Part shown: positions 51,069 to 60,884 of the stretch, in pieces
Numbering within the stretch: position 1 is the first letter of the stretch
Layout: every line of letters starts with the position of its first letter
From: Leptospiraceae bacterium
GTDB lineage: Bacteria > Spirochaetota > Leptospiria > Leptospirales > Leptonemataceae
DNA: 64,000 nt
Assembly: GCA_040217195.1 (NCBI GenBank)
Contig: JAVJNR010000007.1
Span: 64,001-128,000 of the forward strand
Direction of reading: 5' to 3'
Made by a program: the position numbers and the translations under genes
Notes under the pieces: model-generated
Told to the model about the DNA's origin: nothing
Database searches by the model: none
The model's input: only the letters and a program-made list of their open reading frames with translations

Positions 51069-51330
51069 ATACGTAACCGTCCTTCACTCAAAGTTTTGTA
51101 CTTTTTTTGATGCATCTCTGAAGGCTTATTATTCTGTGTAATGGTATTCTTTGCGCAGATTACAGTCCCTGTCGTATTCTCTGAAGAATGAACACGGAAT
51201 TTAAGTCTGAAATTGTTATTTCAGGCTCCGGGCCATCGAAAGCATTTGAAGAGTTCAACTGTTACCGTGGAACATTGAATGTCTCTGTCCAGGCTGAGAA
51301 GTTCCCTGCGCAAATGCATTAAAGGTAATC

Positions 51331-52431
51331 ATGTTCAATCAAGACAAAATCCATCCACTACTAAAGCAGGCTGTTGTAAGTCGAGATGGGATTCGAGGCA
51401 TTGAAAGGCCTAAAACCCTGATGGAAGCGGTGACAGAGGATGCTGAACCATTGCGGTCTCTGGCAGGAATGCACGTTGTGTCTGCCCGACAATTTGATCG
51501 CAAGAAAATACTGCAGCTCAGTCGGCTGGCAGCCTCCTACGAAACACAGCCAGATCTTATTCATCCGCCGCTACGTGGTAAAATACTTGTAAGTGCTTTC
51601 TACGAACCCAGCACCCGAACCAGACTTTCTTTCGAAAGTGCATGGCATCGTCTTGGCGGTGACATCATGTCCATCACCGATCCAAATACCACTGGAATAG
51701 CCAAAGGCGAAAGCCTTGCAGATGTGGGGGAAATGTTCAACAACTACGGGGATGTAGTAGTGCTACGGGACAGCAATGAAGACTCAGTGTACGCGATGCT
51801 GGACTCTCTTCGCATTCCTATCATTAATGCTGGAAACGGAATAGACGAACACCCCACCCAGGCGCTTGCAGATATTTATGCCATTTTGAAATGGAGGCCC
51901 GAGTTCGGAACCGGTATAGCTTCGGAAAAGGATAAAGTAACGATTGGTATCATCGGAACACCCAACCGAATGCGAACAGTTAGAAGCTTACTGTTACTGC
52001 TCTCTCTTTTTTCAGATTCTATACGCAAAGTCTACGTAGTAAACCCGGCCGATGATGTGCTGGATGACGACCAGGCCGAGGAACTGGCAGAAGCCGGGCT
52101 CCGACTGGAAGTTGTACACAAATTCCGGGATATACTTCCAGAAATTGACGTAATATACATTAACTCCATTGCCTGGGTCGGGGACAGTTACGAAACTCTT
52201 ACTGGGGATATTAAGCTTACAAGCAAATCAAATCTGAAACCCGGGGCCATCATTCTACATCCTCTGGCTCGCGGAGAGGAGCTAGACGAATCCCTGGATT
52301 CTACTCAGCATAACTGGTATTTTTCTCAGGCACGGGGTGCTGTATTTATCCGTATGGCCCTGTTAACTTGCCTGGTGCATAGAATCAATCTTGTGGTGGA
52401 TTCGCCGGTGGATCAGCCTGAGGGCAATTAG
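51331..52431 (+). CDS. ATCase-family carbamoyltransferase with non-canonical acceptor site (PyrB-like)
   Basis: FYEPSTRTRLSFE, KGES, INAGNG, HPTQ, HPL. NSIAW replaces the TRxQxER loop. Confidence 0.9.
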   Translation: MFNQDKIHPLLKQAVVSRDGIRGIERPKTLMEAVTEDAEPLRSLAGMHVVSARQFDRKKILQLSRLAASYETQPDLIHPPLRGKILVSAFYEPSTRTRLSFESAWHRLGGDIMSITDPNTTGIAKGESLADVGEMFNNYGDVVVLRDSNEDSVYAMLDSLRIPIINAGNGIDEHPTQALADIYAILKWRPEFGTGIASEKDKVTIGIIGTPNRMRTVRSLLLLLSLFSDSIRKVYVVNPADDVLDDDQAEELAEAGLRLEVVHKFRDILPEIDVIYINSIAWVGDSYETLTGDIKLTSKSNLKPGAIILHPLARGEELDESLDSTQHNWYFSQARGAVFIRMALLTCLVHRINLVVDSPVDQPEGN

Positions 52432-52471
52432 GCAGGTCTGCGAATATCGACCATACCGATGAGGGAATACA

Positions 52472-53719
52472 ATGACTGTAGCAACTGAGTTAAAAATCAA
52501 CTTTGACCGACTTCGAAACAACATAAATGAAATTTCGCAGATCGGTAGATCACAGGATCATGGAATCTACCGACAGGCATTCACAGAGAATGATCTTCAG
52601 GCCAGAAACTGGCTTTCTGCGAAAATGGAAGAGGCCGGGTTAGAAATAGATGTGGACGGCGCTGCAAACATTCACGGTTACCTGGGTGATCGAAGTAAGC
52701 CCAGCGTAGTCATTGGATCTCATATTGATTCTGTGCCGGCAGCCGGTCCACTGGATGGCACCCTTGGTGTGCTTACAGGTCTGGAATGCCTGCAGCGTCT
52801 CAAAGAGGAAGGCGTAGCCCTGGATTATCCTCTGGAACTGGTATCTTTCAGCGATGAAGAAGGACGCTTCGGTGGATTGCTGGGATCTCAATCCTTTGTT
52901 GGCGACATCAACCCGCAAAAGATTCACCAATCCAAGGATTTAAATGGAGTATCTTTGACAGATGCTATGAAGGCCTGCGGCTACGAAGCTATCAAGGCCC
53001 TGGATGCCCGTCGAAACCCTCGATCTGTCCGGTCCTACCTGGAACTGCACATCGAGCAGGGCCCGGTGCTCGATAGTATGGATGTTCCCATCGGAGTTGT
53101 AAGTCATATTACTGGGCTTTTTAAATGGTCCATTCGCTTCATAGGCCGCCCGGATCATGCAGGCACCACACCAATGAACATGCGGGCCGATGCACTGGCT
53201 GGTCTGGCAGAGTTCTCAATGGAGATACCTCGCGTTCTGGAAGAAATTGGAACGGATCGCAGCGTAGCAACCATCGGTAAGGTAGATCTATTTCCAGGGA
53301 CGGCAAATACAGTCCCAGGACAGGTCGAATTCTCCCTGGATTGCCGCGACACAGATTCCCAGACCCTACAGGATTTAATGACCGCATTTCGAAAAGCTCT
53401 ATCTGCCATTGCAAGACGACGGGACTTGATGTTCGAATTCGATGTCCTCAGCGAAGTAGATCCGGTTGCTTGCGATGATAATATTCAAAACATGATTCGA
53501 AATGCTGCCAGTCAAATACAGGCTCAGACTCATGTAATGCCCAGCGGAGCAGCCCACGATGCTCAGATAGTGGCCCGTATTGCCCCGGTGGGAATGATAT
53601 TTGTTCCAAGTAAAGCCGGTCGAAGTCATTCCTCTGCAGAGTGGACCGACTGGGAAGACATCGAAACCGGAGCGAATGTAGCTTTGCATACCCTGATGCA
53701 AATGGCCAGCGATGCCTGA
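52472..53719 (+). CDS. Zn-dependent N-carbamoyl-L-amino acid amidohydrolase (M20, AmaB/AllC/PydC family)
   Basis: GSHIDSV, DG, DEEG, ELHIEQG, HAGTTPM, SGAAHDA, SH. Confidence 0.93.
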   Translation: MTVATELKINFDRLRNNINEISQIGRSQDHGIYRQAFTENDLQARNWLSAKMEEAGLEIDVDGAANIHGYLGDRSKPSVVIGSHIDSVPAAGPLDGTLGVLTGLECLQRLKEEGVALDYPLELVSFSDEEGRFGGLLGSQSFVGDINPQKIHQSKDLNGVSLTDAMKACGYEAIKALDARRNPRSVRSYLELHIEQGPVLDSMDVPIGVVSHITGLFKWSIRFIGRPDHAGTTPMNMRADALAGLAEFSMEIPRVLEEIGTDRSVATIGKVDLFPGTANTVPGQVEFSLDCRDTDSQTLQDLMTAFRKALSAIARRRDLMFEFDVLSEVDPVACDDNIQNMIRNAASQIQAQTHVMPSGAAHDAQIVARIAPVGMIFVPSKAGRSHSSAEWTDWEDIETGANVALHTLMQMASDA

Positions 53720-53743
53720 TCAGGTTTTTACCAAAGAAGAATT

Positions 53744-54517
53744 ATGACGAAACATACTCACGAATCAACAAATGAACAGCTGGAAGAAGTCATCCAGGAC
53801 CTGGATCCAGAATACATTGATGTAGATCCGCTCAAAAAGAGCTACACTCAGTCCATCATTCAAAACGAGGAGCGTTATGAATCTCTACAGCAGCATAACA
53901 CTGCCTTGATGGTAATCGATATGCAATATCTGGATGCGGCCCAGGGATATGGAGTATTCTCCGATCCAGCAAAAAGCGGAGTGGCGCCAGAAGCACAGGA
54001 ATATTACTTCTCAACATTGGAAAACATTGTCATTCCTAACGTACAGAGATTGCTTCGCACTTTTCGCTCAAGAGGATTTGAAATAATCCATACAAGGATC
54101 ATGTCCCTTACGAAAGATGGTCGTGATCGAAGTCCGGGCCACAAAAGGCTAAAGCTTCATGCCGCACCAGGGTCCAAGGAAGCGGAATTCCTGGATGAAG
54201 TAAAACCAGAAGGCGATGAGATCGTTCTTAATAAAACTGCAAGTGGCTGCTTCACATCCACGAATATCAATTATCTTTTGAAGAATCTGGATATTCATGG
54301 TCTTTTTGTTACTGGTGTATACACCAATGAATGTGTTTCTACAACGGTTAGAGATGCAAGCGACCTGGGGTACCTGGTTACCTTGATCAGCGATGCCTGT
54401 ACCACAGTAACCCAGGAATTGCAGGATTCTACAGTATTCACTTTGCAGGATCGCTACGCACGAGTCATAGATACAGATACGGCCATTCAGGAAATTGAGC
54501 AATACGCTTCCAGGTAG
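53744..54517 (+). CDS. Isochorismatase-family cysteine hydrolase (amidase)
   Basis: Asp-Lys-Cys triad in VIDMQ, LNK, TNECV; TVRDA.DLGY. Confidence 0.9.
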   Translation: MTKHTHESTNEQLEEVIQDLDPEYIDVDPLKKSYTQSIIQNEERYESLQQHNTALMVIDMQYLDAAQGYGVFSDPAKSGVAPEAQEYYFSTLENIVIPNVQRLLRTFRSRGFEIIHTRIMSLTKDGRDRSPGHKRLKLHAAPGSKEAEFLDEVKPEGDEIVLNKTASGCFTSTNINYLLKNLDIHGLFVTGVYTNECVSTTVRDASDLGYLVTLISDACTTVTQELQDSTVFTLQDRYARVIDTDTAIQEIEQYASR

Positions 54518-54635
54518 GCCACAGGCTCATTGCTACTTAGAACAGGATGCACTTTACCATAGGATATCCTGAGTCAGGACCGCCAGGTCCTCCAGCATCC
54601 AGTACTCAGGGATGCAATAAAATTAGGAGAATATT

Positions 54636-56663
54636 ATGTGTGGAATTTCGGGAATCATGAATCTGGACCCGGCAAGGCCAATAAGCCCGGCTACGCTTGT
54701 GAATATGGCTGCCATCCAGTACCATCGCGGTCCGGATGACTATGGCTGGAAAACTATAGAAGGTCGAGGCGTCGGTATGAGCCATGCCAGACTTTCAATC
54801 ATTGATTTGCATGAATCAGGACGACAGCCATTCTGGTCGGACGATGAAAATCTTCTGATGGCCCATAATGGTGAATTCTATGATTACAAACGAATTCGCA
54901 CGGATCTCACAGCCCGAGGATACAATTTTCGCACAAAGAGCGACTCCGAAATTGTAATGAACTTATATCCTGATAAAGGATTTGAACCGTTGCTGAAAGA
55001 TCTTCGCGGTGAGTTTGGCTTTTCTTTATATGATAAGAAGCTGGACCGTCTGTACCTGGTTCGAGATCGATTCGGAATAAAGCCACTGTACTGGATAAAC
55101 ACAGGAAAATCGTTTGTCTTTGGCTCAGAAATAAAGTCCATCCTGGCCAATCCGGAGGTTCCCAGAGAGTTCTACGCAGAGGGTGTTTTTCATCAGTTGA
55201 TGCAAACAATTGTTCCCGGCAGTACTCCATTCAAAGGAATCAATCAGGTGAAACCCGGACATTATCTGATTGTAGAACGACGGGACGGAGCATTTCATAT
55301 TCGAGAAACTGCTTACTGGGACATGGATTTTCCAGAGCTGGGGCAGCGAAATGATGACGTACCCGAAGCAGAGACTATAGAAAAGATTCGCGAGCTTCTG
55401 ATTGAAGCAGTACAACACAGATTGGAGGCCGATGTTCCTGTGGGCTGCTATCTGTCAGGAGGTATCGACTCCTGTTCCATCCTTGGCCTGGCCGCTGCTT
55501 CCAGGCAGGATGCAGTTAAGGCATTTACCATTGGATTTGATAATGATTCGTACGATGAAAGCGCCATCGCTGTGGAAATGGCCCGCTCGGTAGGGGCAGA
55601 TCAGGATATACTGGAACTGGAAGCAGATCATCTTTATGATCATTTTGTAAAGACTCACTGGCATACAGAACGCACGATCTATAATACCCTGGGCGTGGCC
55701 AAATATCTGATGAGCAAGCACGTTCATGAAGCTGGCTACAGAGTTGTTGTAACCGGAGAAGGATCGGATGAACTTTTTGCCGGATATCCTTCCTTTCGCA
55801 GGGACATGTTCCTGCATGGTCTGGATCATCTTCCGGAAAGAGAAAGACTTCATCTTCAGGCCAAACTGAATGAAAGCAACGCTCTGGTAAAAGGTAGTAT
55901 GCTGGCTGCCGAAGAGGTTGTGAGCCCTGAACTGAATCGTATTTGCGGATTCACGCCTTCCTGCTTACAGCCCTGGCTGGCCTGCGCCCCTGAAATTCCT
56001 GGTCTGCTGGCACCGGATATTCGAGAGCAGATGAAGAATTACGATCCGGGAGCAGCCATAGCAGCCCAGATCAATCCAGATATGGTTCGAAACAGGCATC
56101 CCCTGGATGTGGCCCAGTATGTATGGATCAAAACTATGCTGGAAGGACAGATACTCACCTGGGGTGGAGACCGGGTAGATATGGCCAACTCCATGGAAGC
56201 TCGACCTGCCTTTCTAGATCATCATCTTGCAGAAGCGGCAGTATGGGTACCTCCAGCCCATAGAATCAAGGGCGATAAAGAAAAATACGTTCTCCGTGAA
56301 GCCATGAAGGGGGTGCTACCAAAGGTTCTCTACGAACGACAGAAGTTTGCATTCATGGCCCCTCCGGCGCATACCGACCCCAAGAAACTAAAGGCTCTAA
56401 AAGATATGGCCGCAGACTTCCTCTCGGACGAAGCAATCGAGAAGTCCGGCTTTCTAGACAAACAGGGGATCAAGACACTATTCGAAAGATATGAAAGCTC
56501 CTCGACACCAGCGCATGAATTGGTGCAGCTAGATGCACTTGTAAACCATGTAATCGGAATTCAGGTGCTGCATCACAACTTTGTGCAGCAGGATATTCCG
56601 CGAGTGGCCAGAGAAACAGCTAATCGTCTGGGATGGCATGCACCGGAAAGTAGCGGTTCTTAG
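54636..56663 (+). CDS. AsnB-family glutamine-hydrolysing amidotransferase
   Basis: MCGI (Ntn Cys), HRGPD, RLSIID, NGE, RDRFGIKPLY, LSGGIDS PP-loop, GEGSDE; AGGAG RBS. Confidence 0.95.
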   Translation: MCGISGIMNLDPARPISPATLVNMAAIQYHRGPDDYGWKTIEGRGVGMSHARLSIIDLHESGRQPFWSDDENLLMAHNGEFYDYKRIRTDLTARGYNFRTKSDSEIVMNLYPDKGFEPLLKDLRGEFGFSLYDKKLDRLYLVRDRFGIKPLYWINTGKSFVFGSEIKSILANPEVPREFYAEGVFHQLMQTIVPGSTPFKGINQVKPGHYLIVERRDGAFHIRETAYWDMDFPELGQRNDDVPEAETIEKIRELLIEAVQHRLEADVPVGCYLSGGIDSCSILGLAAASRQDAVKAFTIGFDNDSYDESAIAVEMARSVGADQDILELEADHLYDHFVKTHWHTERTIYNTLGVAKYLMSKHVHEAGYRVVVTGEGSDELFAGYPSFRRDMFLHGLDHLPERERLHLQAKLNESNALVKGSMLAAEEVVSPELNRICGFTPSCLQPWLACAPEIPGLLAPDIREQMKNYDPGAAIAAQINPDMVRNRHPLDVAQYVWIKTMLEGQILTWGGDRVDMANSMEARPAFLDHHLAEAAVWVPPAHRIKGDKEKYVLREAMKGVLPKVLYERQKFAFMAPPAHTDPKKLKALKDMAADFLSDEAIEKSGFLDKQGIKTLFERYESSSTPAHELVQLDALVNHVIGIQVLHHNFVQQDIPRVARETANRLGWHAPESSGS

Positions 56664-56680
56664 TACAGTGGAGTGCAGGC

Positions 56681-56768
56681 CGCTGACTTTGATCGCTGCC
56701 TTCGATCGCTGGCTTCGATTGCTGTCTTCGATCGCTGACTTTGATTGCTGGCTTCGATCGCTGCCTTC
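56681..56768. repeat. 13-bp tandem repeat, about 6.8 copies, consensus YGCTGNCTTYGAT
   Basis: Units start at 56681, 56694, 56707, 56720, 56733, 56746 and 56759 (partial). Confidence 0.9.
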
Positions 56769-56806
56769 TCTGCTATTTCTCACTGGACTAGGTTTCGGTT
56801 TTGGAA

Positions 56807-57916
56807 TCAGAAATTTGCAACAATGGCAAAAAAGGCACCGTGCAGTACGGTTTGACGGTCGCTTAGAGAAGAAGGCTCTGGATCAGTATAACTTGTAAGA
56901 TAAGGGTCATTCCCGGGGAGGCGAAAGGTATCAAAGGATTCCTTAACTTCAAGAGTCAAAAAAGGAATCTGTCCGTAATAGCCAAACCTGAGTCCAATAC
57001 CTGGTAGTAATTTGGCCACCAGCCCCATTTCCAGTCTGAACAGGAACCCTGTGAGTCGAGCATCCATAAAGGATATGTAATTCGCATTGGGCAGAGAAGC
57101 AGCAGTACTTGCTGCAATGGCCTGAGTTGCACTGCCAAGCGAAAAAGTGCTGAGTTTGATATTGCCCTGAACGTAATCCATATCCAGACGGCCGTACATG
57201 TTAAAGTAATCTCCCAGAACCCAGGCGTAACCACTGCGAAGGCTGTAGGTTTCAATGTCAAAGTTCAGCTGACCAGTTGAATAGCTTATAAGATTGTAAT
57301 TATCCAGCGAGGCTTCGTTGCTGGAAGGGTTCGCGGCGATGCGAGCCACAGTCAAGAAGGATGGAGTTTTATAGAACAATTGCGAGTATGGTCCCCGACT
57401 GCGAATAGTTGTGTATGCAAAAGCGAACTCCCCGGAACCTTCCTGCGTAGTGTAATCGATGGGTCCATATCCCAGAGTAATTCCCGTGGTTCGTTCGGTG
57501 GTTTTCGCTTCATCGCGAAAGAATGAATTGTCATTTCCATAGATCTGTCTTAGATAAGTAATCTGACTTGTTTGCGCATAATTAAAGCCAATAAAAACAT
57601 CCGAATCCTCGAACCGACGACTGTATCGAAAACCGGGACTGATGGGAGCCTGCTCTCTTGAAGAAAGCTCATTGTATTTTACAATTTGGGTAGAGTAGAT
57701 GCTGGTATTATTTCTAACCGAGTTGACCAGGGAGCTAGCATTCTCACCTGAGGAGCTGGATGCATCCGCTACATAAAGTTCAAGAAAATTCAAGTATAAT
57801 CCGGCATTCGAATCGTCCTGTTCGCCAAGGATGTAGGCTCTGGCCTCCAGCTGTGGATACAACATCACAACTAGAAGAAGTGCGGAGAGCTTTTTTGCTT
57901 TCAGATTACTGCCCAT
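56807..57916 (-). CDS. Probable outer-membrane beta-barrel protein
   Basis: Signal peptide (LEA|R), alternating aromatic/Gly strands, C-terminal GAFFAIVANF. Confidence 0.65.
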   Translation of the reverse strand: MGSNLKAKKLSALLLVVMLYPQLEARAYILGEQDDSNAGLYLNFLELYVADASSSSGENASSLVNSVRNNTSIYSTQIVKYNELSSREQAPISPGFRYSRRFEDSDVFIGFNYAQTSQITYLRQIYGNDNSFFRDEAKTTERTTGITLGYGPIDYTTQEGSGEFAFAYTTIRSRGPYSQLFYKTPSFLTVARIAANPSSNEASLDNYNLISYSTGQLNFDIETYSLRSGYAWVLGDYFNMYGRLDMDYVQGNIKLSTFSLGSATQAIAASTAASLPNANYISFMDARLTGFLFRLEMGLVAKLLPGIGLRFGYYGQIPFLTLEVKESFDTFRLPGNDPYLTSYTDPEPSSLSDRQTVLHGAFFAIVANF

Positions 57917-57979
57917 AAGCTCCTATGGGCAGAATCATATCCGGAAAATCAAGCGCACTTCTGGAAGCGTTTGCACAAA

Positions 57980-58639
57980 ATGAATCCAAACTCCAATATT
58001 TTTCAATCCGTGTACTTTAGAACTACCTATCCAGACCAGGAAGGTTTAACGGAAACTCCGTTGATTGCATTTACCGGTCGCTCCAACGCCGGGAAATCTT
58101 CCTTGATTAGCGCACTGTGTAATCAAAAGAATCTGGCCAGAGCCGCAAGAACTCCAGGGAAAACTCGCAATCTAAATGTCTTCGAAGGCAATCTGGAGGG
58201 AAATCCATTTTATCTCTGCGACCTTCCCGGCTTTGGATACGCAAATCTGCCGCGAGAGGAACGTAAGAGGCTGGGAAAGATAATCGAAGGATTTTTTCTG
58301 GAAGCACCGGGACTGACCATGACTCTGATTTTGTGCGATAGCGCCCGGTGGCCTGGCGAAGAAGAAGCGGCCATAGAACAAATTCTGCTAAACAAGGGTG
58401 CACGATGCCAATGGGTATTCACCAGATGGGACAGACTAAATCAGAAAGAAAAGGCAAAAGCCAGAAAGCGATGGAAAGAAATGGGCATTGCCTCAGAGGC
58501 TGTGGCTGTTTCCTCGACAAAGGGCACCGGCTTAAATGAACTCAGAAAGCGAATTCGCAGAAATGTTGCCGGTTACTACGGACTAAATGAGCAATCAACC
58601 GAGACCCAGCAAGATCCGGATCCTGAAACTTCAGGGTGA
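57980..58639 (+). CDS. engB: Ribosome biogenesis GTPase YihA/EngB
   Basis: GRSNAGKSS, TPGKT, DLPGFGYA, TRWD (G4 variant). Confidence 0.9.
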   Translation: MNPNSNIFQSVYFRTTYPDQEGLTETPLIAFTGRSNAGKSSLISALCNQKNLARAARTPGKTRNLNVFEGNLEGNPFYLCDLPGFGYANLPREERKRLGKIIEGFFLEAPGLTMTLILCDSARWPGEEEAAIEQILLNKGARCQWVFTRWDRLNQKEKAKARKRWKEMGIASEAVAVSSTKGTGLNELRKRIRRNVAGYYGLNEQSTETQQDPDPETSG

Positions 58640-58678
58640 GCCAAATTACTATTCCAAATTCATGTACGAAATGGCCTA

Positions 58679-59590
58679 CTACTCCGTAATATCGAACGGA
58701 GAGGTTCCGTTTCTGTGGGCCTGCAAAGCTCGGTTCATAGTATCGATGAGCATTTGATCTGTGACGCTCTGTCCATCTCTGGACCAGGAAAGGTGGCCAG
58801 CATCCGGAATGCGATAAAATCTTCTGGGCGGTCCAAGAGATTGATACAGATCCTTTCCATTTTCGTAACCAACAACCGGATCCATGCTAGAATGCATGAC
58901 GAGCACAGGAATGGGCGAAATTTCATTAATTGTTTCTTCCGGCGATCTGCGATTGGAGAAGAAAAATGATACGAAAGGAGCCAGAGGAGCAAAAAGGATT
59001 TCGCTGGCCTTACGCTCCACTATCCGTCTATAAGAGGGAAAGGTACTATCGGCTACAAAAAGTGCCACCTCATTTCTGGCATCTGAATCCACAATGGCGC
59101 GCAACGCCACAGCACCTCCGAGACTCTGACCAAGAATAATTAACGGTACACCTTTTTCGTATGCACGGCCACTGGCTTCCGAAAGAGCAACCAGAGCATC
59201 CTGATAGGTATTCTCCGGAGATGGAGTGCCATCCGATTTGCCATAACCGCGATAGTCAAAAATCATTACATCAAATCCGTACCGGACTAACCAGGCAGAT
59301 AGCAAAAAATGGGAAGATATATTCTGAGCGTTTCCATGAAAATGAAGAACTACAGCTTTCGTTTGTTTCGTCTGAGACGGGAAGTACCAGAAATGTATTC
59401 GCTCATCGTCCTGGACTTTTAGGAAATCGGATTCATATTCGAACGAGAATTCCTCCGGATCATAGTAGCTTCTATTATCCGGGAAATAGTACAGGGACGA
59501 ACATCCGCCAGAATACCAGGCCATCACAGTTAACAAAATCACGGGAATTAACAAGACAAGAAAGCGTTTCTTTTTTTGGTCGATTGACAT
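58679..59590 (-). CDS. Alpha/beta hydrolase, probable lipoprotein
   Basis: FHGNAQN, DYRGYG, GQSLGG, D, H. Confidence 0.9.
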   Translation of the reverse strand: MSIDQKKKRFLVLLIPVILLTVMAWYSGGCSSLYYFPDNRSYYDPEEFSFEYESDFLKVQDDERIHFWYFPSQTKQTKAVVLHFHGNAQNISSHFLLSAWLVRYGFDVMIFDYRGYGKSDGTPSPENTYQDALVALSEASGRAYEKGVPLIILGQSLGGAVALRAIVDSDARNEVALFVADSTFPSYRRIVERKASEILFAPLAPFVSFFFSNRRSPEETINEISPIPVLVMHSSMDPVVGYENGKDLYQSLGPPRRFYRIPDAGHLSWSRDGQSVTDQMLIDTMNRALQAHRNGTSPFDITE

Positions 59591-59753
59591 TAGATTGATT
59601 TCAGAATTAGCAAAGAGTTTCTTAATCCGCCAGGGTTCATCAGAATATTCAACTCAATTTTCCGTCTAAATCTGGATTGTCAAATTCTACCCTTGTTCTA
59701 CTCTCCCACAATATAGATAGAGACTGTCCGCAGGACAGAATCTGAAGGCCAAC

Positions 59754-60884
59754 ATGAAGCTAAAAGAAAAGTTAAAGAACTGGGTGGATGAAGGACTCAT
59801 CAACAGCTCCCAGGCTACAGCCATCGAAGAATTCGAGTCCGAGCAAAGTTCCCGACCCTATGCAATGTACAGCTTCATAATTCTGGGTGTTGCTGTTATT
59901 TCAGTGGGCCTGATTTCTTTAATCGCAGCCAACTGGGAATCGATTCCGGATGGAATAAAACTATTCGTCGATTTTCTAATTCTCATTTCTGCGGGAGCTG
60001 CAATTTACTACTTTCGAAACACTGCCATACTTTTCTATTCCCTGGGAGTATTCTTTTCCCTGTTTGTACTGGCTTCCATTGGACTTATCTCGCAGGTCTT
60101 TCATACATCGGGTGAATTCTATCAGGCAGTGGCCCTTGCTCTATTTCTTACCGCTCCCTTGATGATTTTACAGAATGGACGATTCTTGCTTCATCTCTGG
60201 ATCATTGGATTTTGTTTCTCTTTTCTGAGTTTCGCTTTTGAGAATTACTCCTTCGATGATGATGTGGCCTTGAACCTAGTTCATCTGTTAAGTCTCGGTA
60301 GCATTCTACTACTGACCAGTCTGTTACTACGAAGTGCAGGACCGAACCTGGAGAATCATTCCAGAGCAACCATGTTCTGGGCTCTTGCATCTCTGTCCGG
60401 GACCGCCTTTGCCCTATCATTTAATGCTCTAGAGGCAGAAGATGTAAAAGACTCCGGCGTTGAATTGGGCGTACTTCTACCAAGCATACTGCTGGTTTGC
60501 AGCGCGGCCTATAGCTTCTTCATGTTGCCCCGGACTCTTGGCCGGCGAATCATGACTTTGATCACTTTTGGCCTGCTCTACTTTCTATTCTTCTTCAGCT
60601 TCTTCGTATACCCTGTGGGCGACAAGAGTATATATCTGGCTTTGATTTTCGTACTGCTTGCAATGTCTGCAGGAATCACGTTTTTCGATTACAGATTCGT
60701 TTTCGACTTTTTTCTGGTTCTGGCCGGAATTCGATTTCTAATCGTTTACTTCGAATTATTTGAAGATCTGGCGACCACTGGAATTGGGTTAATTGTAGCC
60801 GGTGCCGTGATCATCGGAGGAGTGGTGCTCTATGCCAGGAGCCGTTCAAGAATTCAGTCCTTTCTGCAGGAGCGCCTAAAATGA
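59754..60884 (+). CDS. DUF2157 membrane protein
   Basis: W..EGLI...QA, IAANW..IP, LISQVFH; paired with a GDYXXLXY gene. Confidence 0.85.
   Translation: MKLKEKLKNWVDEGLINSSQATAIEEFESEQSSRPYAMYSFIILGVAVISVGLISLIAANWESIPDGIKLFVDFLILISAGAAIYYFRNTAILFYSLGVFFSLFVLASIGLISQVFHTSGEFYQAVALALFLTAPLMILQNGRFLLHLWIIGFCFSFLSFAFENYSFDDDVALNLVHLLSLGSILLLTSLLLRSAGPNLENHSRATMFWALASLSGTAFALSFNALEAEDVKDSGVELGVLLPSILLVCSAAYSFFMLPRTLGRRIMTLITFGLLYFLFFFSFFVYPVGDKSIYLALIFVLLAMSAGITFFDYRFVFDFFLVLAGIRFLIVYFELFEDLATTGIGLIVAGAVIIGGVVLYARSRSRIQSFLQERLK

Noticed and set aside
51142..51157. Sigma54 promoter TGGTATTCTTTGCGCA
   Set aside because: TTGC is mis-spaced from GG (8 rather than 10 nt), and the correctly spaced GC lacks the consensus context.
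51331..52431. Calling the gene pyrB or argF
   Set aside because: The Asp-specific RxQ loop and the ornithine-specific SMG/HCLP motifs are absent, and the context is not pyrimidine or arginine synthesis.
56681..56768. Repeat array as CRISPR
   Set aside because: Units are 13 bp and head-to-tail, with no spacers and no cas genes in the window.
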